Below are positions 14,768 through 21,838 of a DNA stretch of 32,000 bases, piece by piece. Every line of letters begins with the position of its first letter. Position 1 is the stretch's first letter. The stretch spans positions 720,001 through 752,000 of the forward strand of contig CP012986.1 of NCBI GenBank assembly GCA_001761425.1. Direction: 5' to 3'. The notes under the pieces are model-generated. The model did no database searches. It saw only the letters and a program-made list of their open reading frames with translations, and was not told the DNA's origin. This DNA comes from Candidatus Saccharimonadota bacterium (lineage in GTDB: Archaea; Nanohalarchaeota; Nanosalinia; Nanosalinales; Nanosalinaceae). The translations under genes and the position numbers were made by a program.

Positions 14768-15139
14768 ATGGCACTGGGGTTTCTAAAAAAAGATGGAGAA
14801 GATTCAGAAGACAACGAAATGATCGAAGACGAGTTCGTGGAACTTGACGCAGAGGTTTCCGAAAGAGAAAAGAAAGTGGTCGTCAGAGCGGAGACACTGA
14901 AAGAATTCGACGACGTAGAAAACGTCCAGGAACACCTGAGGAACGAACACATCGTATGGGTAAATATCAAGCCCCTGAAAAACAGAGACATGTCAAAACT
15001 CAAAAGAGCCGTCAAAAGACTGAAGAAAACAGTCAAAGCAGTCGACGGAGACGTCGCAGGCGTAGACGAAGACTGGGTAGTCGTAACCCCAAGCTACGCA
15101 AAGATCGAAAGAACAAGCGAAAAAATCAACGGCGAATAA
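14768..15139 (+). CDS. sepF: Archaeal SepF-like cell division protein (DUF552)
   Basis: Acidic N-terminal linker followed by VVVRAETLKEFDDVENVQEHLRNEHIVWVNIKPLKNRDMSKLKRAVKRLKKTVKAVDGDVAGVDEDWVVVTP. This matches the SepF core pattern. Confidence 0.6.
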   Translation: MALGFLKKDGEDSEDNEMIEDEFVELDAEVSEREKKVVVRAETLKEFDDVENVQEHLRNEHIVWVNIKPLKNRDMSKLKRAVKRLKKTVKAVDGDVAGVDEDWVVVTPSYAKIERTSEKINGE

Positions 15140-15149
15140 AGAGTGAAAA

Positions 15150-15168
15150 AAGGCCTGTAGAAGGCCTT
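15150..15168. terminator. Bidirectional hairpin made of two AGGCCT copies, flanked by T-runs on both strands
   Basis: AAGGCCT-gtaga-AGGCCTT forms a 7-bp stem. TTTTTT follows on the plus strand at about 15181-15186. On the minus strand TTTTTT (complement of 15144-15149) follows. It sits between convergent sepF and the zinc-ribbon gene. Confidence 0.55.
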
Positions 15169-15190
15169 ATCAAAACATATTTTTTCCCAT

Positions 15191-15421
15191 TTATCCCAGT
15201 TCGTTGCTGACCTTTGTCTCAAGTTTCTCCAGCCTGTCAAGCATATCCTGGCCTCCGAAACGAACAAATTTCTCAACGCATCCACGGCAGTAAACCTCAT
15301 CATCGAACTCCAAGGCGTTTTCAGGTATCTTCTGTTCATCCCCGCCGAATTTTTCCTCAGGATCTTTTCCGCCAAAATTCAGTATGTCCCCGCAGTTCGA
15401 ACACTTTACCTCATAGACCAT
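15191..15421 (-). CDS. Small CxxC...CxxC zinc-ribbon protein
   Basis: MVYEVKCSNCGDILNF...EVYCRGCVEKF. I chose ATG at 15421. The track's 6-codon extension is not needed. Confidence 0.5.
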   Translation of the reverse strand: MVYEVKCSNCGDILNFGGKDPEEKFGGDEQKIPENALEFDDEVYCRGCVEKFVRFGGQDMLDRLEKLETKVSNELG

Positions 15422-15489
15422 GATTAGACAGAGAAGCACTGAAACTTAACTCTAACCCCTAAAAACCTGAAAACACAACTGGAACAACA

Positions 15490-16050
15490 ATGAAGAAAAA
15501 ACTACAGGGCCTTCTACTCCTCACAGTTATCGCCAGCGGATGCAACGTCAACACAGCCAGCCCAGCGACAGAGACGAAAACTAAAGTTACCGATGTAATC
15601 GACGGAGACACCGTAGAAATAAACCTCAACGGTACTGTAGAAAAAGTCAGACTGCTCGGAGTCGACACGCCCGAAGTACACGTCAAGGTAAAACCCGGGA
15701 AATACAGAGACATACCGGACACCGAAAGAACAAGAAAATGCCTCAGAAAATGGGGAGAAAAGGCCTCACAGTACGCCAAAAACAAGCTTTCAGGGAAAAA
15801 CGTGGAGTTCAAGACAGACCCCCTCAGCGATACACGCGGAAACTACGGACGAATACTCGGATACGTAAAAACCAACGACACAAACTTCAACCACAGACTG
15901 GTGGAAAAAGGCCTCGCCCAGGTCTACGAATCAGACTTCTCCCAGCTAGAAAGATTCCAAAAAGCGGAGAAAGAAGCCCAGGAACAGTTGAAAGGCCTCT
16001 GGCAATGCAGAAGCTACGAAGTACAGAACCTGACAGTTGAACAGAAATGA
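15490..16050 (+). CDS. Secreted/lipoprotein thermonuclease (staphylococcal nuclease, SNase-like)
   Basis: Signal peptide with a lipobox-like LTVIASGC. This is followed by VIDGDTVEINLNGTVEKVRLLGVDTPE...GRILGYV...NHRLVEKGLAQVY, the SNase fold motifs. Confidence 0.8.
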   Translation: MKKKLQGLLLLTVIASGCNVNTASPATETKTKVTDVIDGDTVEINLNGTVEKVRLLGVDTPEVHVKVKPGKYRDIPDTERTRKCLRKWGEKASQYAKNKLSGKNVEFKTDPLSDTRGNYGRILGYVKTNDTNFNHRLVEKGLAQVYESDFSQLERFQKAEKEAQEQLKGLWQCRSYEVQNLTVEQK

Positions 16051-16109
16051 AGAGAAATCCTGCGGTTCTGTGTTCCCTGATTTAAGATTTTGTCGATCAT
16101 TATCTGTGT

Positions 16110-17399
16110 ATGGAAGACAAATACGATGTCGCTGTGGTCGGTGCTGGACCAGCAGGCCTTGAAGCGGCAAGGACTGTGGCTTCACGTGGCTGGGATGTTG
16201 CTGTACTTGAATCTGAGGGCGAAGAGGAGTATCCTGCGCAGAGCAATAAGTCTACGGCAGGGACCTTCCCGCGTATGATGGGCAGTTACAACATTCCCGG
16301 CGATGTGGTAATGCATAATACTGACAGCGTTTTACTTGAGTCTCCCGACGATTTCTACAGGCAGGCACGGACTGGATCAGTCCTTGATTTCGGCGAGTTC
16401 AAAGAGTACATGATGGATGAGGCTGTTGAAGCAGGTGCCGAGGCCTTCTACAGTTCACGTGTCAACGCTCCTGTTGTTGAAGACGGTAGTATCCAGGGCG
16501 TAAAGTACAGCGGTGACGAAGAACTCTATGCGGATATCGTTATCGATGCCGCAGGTCCTGGTGCACCGATCGCCCAGGATGATGATATCGGGTTCATCGA
16601 CTTGGAGCCTGGTAACAGGGCTGTGGGATGGGAGTACCTGCTTGAAGGATTGGAACCTGATGCGGAAGGTTTCGCCGATCTCACCGATTCAATGATGCTG
16701 AGACTTGACCACGATATCGCTCCCGGCGGCTACTCCTGGATCTTCCATACTGGAGAGGATCAGGCAAAGGTAGGCCTCTGCTACATCGACAACGAGACGC
16801 ACAGAGAGTACCGGGGAGACGATTTCAATATACTAGATAGCCTGGAAGAATGGATAGTCGACGATCCAAGGTTCCCGGAAATCAAGGACAGAGAAGACAT
16901 TGATCCCGTGGAGAGACATCAGGGCTCGGCGCACATCCAGATACCTGAAAGCGTGAGCAACGAAGGAGTGATGGGTGTCGGAGACACGGTTTCGACTGTC
17001 GACCCTCTCTGGGGCGAAGGAATCGATACAGGGATGAAGTCAGGCGAACAGGCAGGTATAACCGCATTGGAGGCGCTCGGACAGGGAAGACACGGCGGAG
17101 AGCCGGATACCTCAGAGAAAATGATGCAGAGATACGACCGGAGATGGAGAGAAAAAGTAGCTCCAAACAGATGGAAAAGAGACTTCATGACACATCTGAT
17201 CTACAACGCGGAAAACGAACGTTACAACACACTAATGCAACAGCTCAAGGAGAAGGAAGGTGACTCACTCAGAAAACTAAACGAGGGAAAGGCCAGAGAG
17301 ATAATCGACATAGCCCGGCTCGAAGACCTGCCAGGCCTCGCAAAAGTCACAAAGGACAAGATACCAGAACATCCTGTAATAAGAAAATTCAAGGACTGA
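16110..17399 (+). CDS. FAD-dependent oxidoreductase, geranylgeranyl reductase family
   Basis: YDVAVVGAGPAGLEAARTVASRGWDVAVLE is a Rossmann GxGxxG motif. A later GVGDTVSTVDPLWGEGI is a GD-type FAD motif. The length of 429 aa fits. Confidence 0.6.
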   Translation: MEDKYDVAVVGAGPAGLEAARTVASRGWDVAVLESEGEEEYPAQSNKSTAGTFPRMMGSYNIPGDVVMHNTDSVLLESPDDFYRQARTGSVLDFGEFKEYMMDEAVEAGAEAFYSSRVNAPVVEDGSIQGVKYSGDEELYADIVIDAAGPGAPIAQDDDIGFIDLEPGNRAVGWEYLLEGLEPDAEGFADLTDSMMLRLDHDIAPGGYSWIFHTGEDQAKVGLCYIDNETHREYRGDDFNILDSLEEWIVDDPRFPEIKDREDIDPVERHQGSAHIQIPESVSNEGVMGVGDTVSTVDPLWGEGIDTGMKSGEQAGITALEALGQGRHGGEPDTSEKMMQRYDRRWREKVAPNRWKRDFMTHLIYNAENERYNTLMQQLKEKEGDSLRKLNEGKAREIIDIARLEDLPGLAKVTKDKIPEHPVIRKFKD

Positions 17400-17451
17400 C
17401 AGGAGAAAACCGCAAACCCTGTTAAGAATTCAACCACATAACTCAGACAGA

Positions 17452-17778
17452 ATGGGTCTCGGAGAATACAGCTGGAGCCAGGAAGACATAGACGCTGGAA
17501 AATACGTCGGAAAGTACGTCACCCACGACTGGATAAACAAGAAAAACATAGTACAACAGGTCGAAAACCCCGATACAGACCTGGAACTGGGAGAACACAC
17601 TCTGGAATACGACGGAGAGAAAATGGACGTCGAACTGGTCGCCAACAACCGCTGGGCCGCCCTCCTGTACGATGAAACATTCGACGAAAAACTCGGAGAC
17701 CAGAGACTCGAAGAAGTCATCACCTACTTCCTCACACCGGAACCCTGGAAACCCAGCTCCAACATACACCCGGAATAA
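17452..17778 (+). CDS. Hypothetical acidic protein (orphan cluster, gene A)
   Basis: 108-codon ORF with an ATG start. No motif recognised. Confidence 0.45.
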   Translation: MGLGEYSWSQEDIDAGKYVGKYVTHDWINKKNIVQQVENPDTDLELGEHTLEYDGEKMDVELVANNRWAALLYDETFDEKLGDQRLEEVITYFLTPEPWKPSSNIHPE

Positions 17779-17832
17779 CTCCCAGATAAAATTTCAGGAA
17801 AGGCCTTATAATTTACTCTCCAGTAACTGCCT

Positions 17833-18249
17833 ATGAGCTTTATAGACCTCCCTGGAAAGGCCGAGGCCCTGAAAGATGACTGGAGACCTCTTGAAAACGC
17901 CGACAACGGGATGGGCGATACAGTCGGGATGATCAGCGAATACCTGGAAGAAGGCCTGGAGGAAAGAGCACAGGAGATGACCCTAGACTACCCGATGGAA
18001 AGAGCAGAATACGACATACTCGTGAACCCGGATAAAGAAGTCGCAGTAATGTACGGAGAATTCTACAAGAACAGCTGGATACCTCTAATAGGAGCTGACG
18101 TATGGCTATGTGAAAAAACCAACAGCTCCGACCACAGGGGAAGGACCGCGGGAAAAAGAGAGTACAGGGCACCGACCAGAGGAGGAGAAACACTGATAGA
18201 CGAGACCAGTCTTAGAGCACACGCAGACTACCTCGACGAACAGACCTGA
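17833..18249 (+). CDS. Hypothetical protein (orphan cluster, family B copy 1)
   Basis: 138 codons. Shares DxxxPL..xDxGMGxT, EVAVMYGEFY / EAVLYGETYG and LRAHADYL / LRATGDWL blocks with 18883..19314. Shares ACTGCCTATGA at the start codon. Confidence 0.55.
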   Translation: MSFIDLPGKAEALKDDWRPLENADNGMGDTVGMISEYLEEGLEERAQEMTLDYPMERAEYDILVNPDKEVAVMYGEFYKNSWIPLIGADVWLCEKTNSSDHRGRTAGKREYRAPTRGGETLIDETSLRAHADYLDEQT

Positions 18250-18290
18250 AAAAAGCGAATAAATCATTTGAGGCCTCAAAAAAATTTCGA

Positions 18291-18803
18291 GTGGAACTGG
18301 AAACCATCCTGGAAAACACGAGGGAAGAACTATCCCAGGCTGTCAAAGACCCTGAAAGATACGATTTTAGGGAAAGGCCTCCATACAAAATACCTGTCCA
18401 CCCGGAACCTGAAAAAATGGCCTCAGCAACCATAGACCTCGAGAACCAGAACGTCAAAGTAAGATACGAAGACCAGAAACCCAGGGAAAACTACACCTGC
18501 GTCAAGCACGACCCGATCAACAAAGTTGCGATAGTCGAAGGCGATACAGTCCACGACTACAGAGACACCAAAATCTGTTCCACCATGTACTACCTCATAG
18601 ACGGAGAAAACACCTGGAGACACACAGACACCGGATACGAAAAATCCCTACAGACAAGACCCCAGGAAGTAGCCCAGAACTTCGAGCAACTCTACAGACA
18701 GGCACTGAGAGAAGACAAAAAAGAAAACTTCACACAGGAAACACGTGACCAAGGCCTCGAACCCGTACCACCACCAGAAAAAGACGAAATGTTTCCAGAA
18801 TAA
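18291..18803 (+). CDS. Hypothetical protein (orphan cluster, gene C; GTG start, uncertain)
   Basis: 170-codon ORF. No motif recognised. Confidence 0.4.
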   Translation: MELETILENTREELSQAVKDPERYDFRERPPYKIPVHPEPEKMASATIDLENQNVKVRYEDQKPRENYTCVKHDPINKVAIVEGDTVHDYRDTKICSTMYYLIDGENTWRHTDTGYEKSLQTRPQEVAQNFEQLYRQALREDKKENFTQETRDQGLEPVPPPEKDEMFPE

Positions 18804-18882
18804 AACCTCTTCCAGTTTTAGAAGAAAAGGCCTTGACCCGGAAAAAGTATTTAATACTCAGTTAACAAATTTTTCACTGCCT

Positions 18883-19314
18883 ATGACGCTAGAGGAAAGA
18901 ATTGACCAACGTTACGAAGACAGCAAGCCCCTGAGAAAAGTTGACAGAGGAATGGGAAAGACAGCAGAAGCCGCTGAGTCAGAACTTGTGAAAGAGATCA
19001 ACGAATACGCTGAAGAACTGGGAATCGACACAGATCTGAACAAGGTGGACACTCATTCAAGATTTTCACAATCCAACAACGAAGCAGTACTCTACGGAGA
19101 AACATACGGCGGAATCCACAGATGGGTCGGAGAAACAACAGCATTCCTCTACGACAACGACTCAGCACAGGCAGCATCATACAAAGACCCAAACGGTCCA
19201 GCAGTAAGACTCGGAAACGGCGACATCAACATCAACGAAGAACACCTCAGAGCAACCGGAGACTGGCTGAAAAACAGAGGAAAAAGCCACCTCGAACCAC
19301 AGAGAGCCAGCTAG
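18883..19314 (+). CDS. Hypothetical protein (orphan cluster, family B copy 2)
   Basis: ATG at 18883 is preceded by the same ACTGCCT as copy 1. Its paralogy to 17833..18249 is described there. The track start 18745 overlaps gene C and is rejected. Confidence 0.55.
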   Translation: MTLEERIDQRYEDSKPLRKVDRGMGKTAEAAESELVKEINEYAEELGIDTDLNKVDTHSRFSQSNNEAVLYGETYGGIHRWVGETTAFLYDNDSAQAASYKDPNGPAVRLGNGDININEEHLRATGDWLKNRGKSHLEPQRAS

Positions 19315-19564
19315 AAGAAAGGCCTAGACAACAGAAATCTTCTCAGAAATCAAACTCCCGATACCATCCTCAAGTTTTGAGGCCTTTACACCTGAATAGT
19401 TCTTGCGGAATTATCTCGATGAGAGGCCTGAAGATATTGATTTACCTAGGGAGTTTGAGGAGTTGAAAGGTTCTGCCAGGGAGCTATCTAAAGAGGAGAA
19501 GGAGAGGAAGGCAGAGGAAGTTGAGGATATGTCCAGTGAAGAAATCAGAGAGGTTTTCGGCCCG

Positions 19565-19611
19565 GTTTAAGAAAATATTTAATCGTTTAAGGAAAAGCTT
19601 AAACATTTAAG
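19565..19611 (+). promoter_or_regulatory. Cluster of GTTTAAG/CTTAAAC repeats upstream of the MNT-HEPN operon (TATA and/or operator candidates)
   Basis: GTTTAAG at 19565-19571 and 19585-19591. Inverted GCTTAAAC at 19597-19604. ATTTAAG at 19605-19611, about 25-29 nt before ATG 19634 with no Shine-Dalgarno, which is consistent with a leaderless mRNA. Confidence 0.4.
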
Positions 19612-19633
19612 TTTTTCCTCATAATATTGGTGT

Positions 19634-20248
19634 ATGGCGGAGAGGTTTGTGGATTTGCTGGGTAAGGAGTACCGGGGTCAGGTTCTGGAGTTTCTGAGGG
19701 ATAGTCCTGATCAGATGTTTACTATTAATGAGGTTGCTGAAAGTGTTGATGGTTCTTATCCTGCTGTAAGGGATTTTATCCGGGAGTTGGAGGATCTTGA
19801 TTTAGTGAAGATTAGGAAGAAAGGTAGTTCTTATCTCGTAGAGTTTAACCAAGATTCGCGTTATTTCGATACTGTCGATTCTATCTTTCAGGTAGAGGTT
19901 AATCCATTGTTCACAGCTGCTGACGAGTTTGTTCATGATCTTATGGAGTCGGATGAGCTAGAGGAGAAGACTTTAAGCGTTGTTCTGTTTGGGAGTGTGG
20001 CGAGAGGTACAGCAGATGCAAATTCGGATATAGATGTTTTTTTCCTTGTTGAGGACGGCGTTGATACCGATTATTTCAAGAATCTGGTGATTCAGAAGGC
20101 GAGGAACCGTGAGTACGAGATTGTTCCTGTTGTTGAACCCGTAAATGAGTTCCTGGAAAACTACAGAGAGCGTAAAAGATTTGAGGAAAATTTGATGAGA
20201 GATTCAGAGCTTCTGTACGGTGATTCTTTAGATGAAAAGGTCGACTGA
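19634..20248 (+). CDS. Minimal nucleotidyltransferase (MNT) fused to an N-terminal winged-helix domain
   Basis: N-terminal VLEFLRDSPDQMFTINEVAESVDGSYPAVRDFIRELEDLDLVKIRKKG (wHTH). This is followed by VVLFGSVARGTADANSDIDVFFLVED, the GS...DxD NTase motif. Confidence 0.75.
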   Translation: MAERFVDLLGKEYRGQVLEFLRDSPDQMFTINEVAESVDGSYPAVRDFIRELEDLDLVKIRKKGSSYLVEFNQDSRYFDTVDSIFQVEVNPLFTAADEFVHDLMESDELEEKTLSVVLFGSVARGTADANSDIDVFFLVEDGVDTDYFKNLVIQKARNREYEIVPVVEPVNEFLENYRERKRFEENLMRDSELLYGDSLDEKVD

Positions 20249-20639
20249 ATCGATAATTGAGGCGGAGGCCTATGTGAGAGCAGCGGAACTCGTCAGAGAG
20301 AAGATTCTGGATCAAGACGAGAAGATCTGGAATCCTGTTGTAGTGAACTGTATCATGGCGATGATCAAATGTAATGACGCCTTGATGCTGGAAAATCAGG
20401 GTCACACGAACAAGGATCATTCGAAGACTGCGAACGAGTTGCAGGAGATGTACGAAGAAAGAATGATCTCACAGGACTTCAAGTCCAACATTAATTCAGT
20501 TAGAAACTGGGTTGTAGACAAGAAAACTGAGATCCAGTACAGGAACGCAAAAGTATCCATGAGCGACGCCGACAAGGCCTTAAAGTCAGCCAAAAGATTC
20601 CTTGAAAAGACCAAAGAAGAACTTGACGCAGAACAGTGA
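20232..20639 (+). CDS. HEPN domain protein (partner of the MNT)
   Basis: 135 aa, predicted all-helical. AEAYVRAAELV...AMIKCNDALML...HSKTANEL...KKTEIQYRNAKVSMSDADKALKSAKRFLE follows the HEPN helix pattern. It overlaps the MNT gene by 17 nt. Confidence 0.6.
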   Translation: MKRSTESIIEAEAYVRAAELVREKILDQDEKIWNPVVVNCIMAMIKCNDALMLENQGHTNKDHSKTANELQEMYEERMISQDFKSNINSVRNWVVDKKTEIQYRNAKVSMSDADKALKSAKRFLEKTKEELDAEQ

Positions 20640-20832
20640 GAAATACCGCCAGGAACACTTTTAGCATGAGCTCTGGAATCATTTTCTCACCCATTAAGCT
20701 AGTCTCCAAACTTGGTAAAACTCCCTCAGCTTACGATAAAAACTCCTGTGACAAGTAGGCCTATGAGAGATTCTGTGTTCTTGACTACTGTTTCATTACA
20801 ACTTATTAGTTTTGAGGCCTGTTTTGTAGGTG

Positions 20833-21609
20833 ATGTCTTCTCAGAGCGGGGATGATTCAGAGGCACGGGGTAAAGAAGTTATTGAGTGGAGTGAGAATGT
20901 TGAGGATCATACTCTTGCTGTTCTTGAGGGTGATCTTGAGGAGGATCCTGATGCGGATGTCGAATTGAGTGATCTTGATGGTCGTGAAGGTGTTGCGAAG
21001 GCTAACACGGAGAGGTATGTTACTGATTTCCAGGAGGAGTTCGAGTTCAGAGGTTCTACTGTATATCTGAATGTTGAGAGGTCTGATGGTTTGAATACTG
21101 TTGAGTACTGGAGCGATGATCCCGGTGTCCTGGATGATTTCGATGAGTTCCTGGAGCAGAGGGTGAGAGATGTAGAACAGCAACCTTACCTGGAACCTTA
21201 CAAGTTTGAAAACGTTCCTAGCGACGAAATAGCTGAACTTGTTACGGTTTACAGAGACGAGTTCGATCTAGAAGGACCTCTTCCAAGGGGTAGAAACGGC
21301 CAGCCAAGGATGCATATGCAGAGAGTGACAGATATAAGAGATACCAGCGAATACAGAAAGGACTCTACTGAAGACGAAAAAGGCCTGAACGCCCAGCACA
21401 GGATTCCAGGAGATGCCAAATACGTTATAGAAGGTGTTGAAAACGGCGATAAACAGGTTGAAGGAAAACTTGTGATAAGGCCTCAGAAGCATGATCTCGG
21501 ACTTTACACTGTAAAGTTTGACGGAGAAAACGCTGAGTCACAGGCATACATGGTTAACACCGGGCTTAAAGCGATCGACCCGGACGAAAGAGACAGCTTC
21601 CCGATATAA
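20833..21609 (+). CDS. Hypothetical acidic protein
   Basis: About 258 codons. I prefer ATG 20833 over the track's GTG 20830. No motif recognised. Confidence 0.5.
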   Translation: MSSQSGDDSEARGKEVIEWSENVEDHTLAVLEGDLEEDPDADVELSDLDGREGVAKANTERYVTDFQEEFEFRGSTVYLNVERSDGLNTVEYWSDDPGVLDDFDEFLEQRVRDVEQQPYLEPYKFENVPSDEIAELVTVYRDEFDLEGPLPRGRNGQPRMHMQRVTDIRDTSEYRKDSTEDEKGLNAQHRIPGDAKYVIEGVENGDKQVEGKLVIRPQKHDLGLYTVKFDGENAESQAYMVNTGLKAIDPDERDSFPI

Positions 21610-21619
21610 TAGCTGGTTT

Positions 21620-21808
21620 TTACATGATAGCCTGAAGTAAAAAATTCTCAATTATCAGCACTGTTCCTGTTATCAGTGTTGCCGCGAAGAAGTTGAGTAG
21701 TCCGTATTTTACCAGGTCTGTTCTCTTCGGAATCTCTACACTGTTTTCTCTCGCTCTGTTTTCCTGTCTCATCCTGTTGGACCAGATAAACCGGAGGAGA
21801 AACGGCAT
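21620..21808 (-). CDS. Possible small tail-anchored membrane protein
   Basis: 62 codons with a C-terminal hydrophobic helix. The ATG directly follows the AGGCCT hairpin downstream of aCPSF1. Coding status is uncertain. Confidence 0.3.
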   Translation of the reverse strand: MPFLLRFIWSNRMRQENRARENSVEIPKRTDLVKYGLLNFFAATLITGTVLIIENFLLQAIM

Positions 21809-21811
21809 GTG

Positions 21812-21838
21812 AGGCCTTTAGGTAGGCCTTCTTTTTTT
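21812..21838 (+). terminator. AGGCCT-ttaggt-AGGCCT hairpin followed by a T-run
   Basis: Two AGGCCT copies (21812, 21824) form a 6-bp stem. TCTTTTTTT follows on the plus strand. Confidence 0.4.

Noticed and set aside
19403-19570. 55-codon ORF (LRNYLDERPEDIDLPREFEELKGSARELSKEEKERKAEEVEDMSSEEIREVFGPV) upstream of the MNT gene
   Set aside because: It would need a TTG start directly after an in-frame TAG. It has no Shine-Dalgarno and no recognisable motif. It may be a gene remnant, but I cannot support a call.
3443-20265. Using AGGCCT-free gaps as proof of horizontal transfer. The gaps are 3443-4771, 6205-7249, 11251-12078, 14303-15150 and 19430-20265.
   Set aside because: With a mean spacing of about 250 bp, a few gaps of 0.8-1.3 kb are expected by chance. 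Two of the gaps cover core genes (rrp4; UPF0147 and sepF). I use the gaps only as supporting evidence where GC content also drops.
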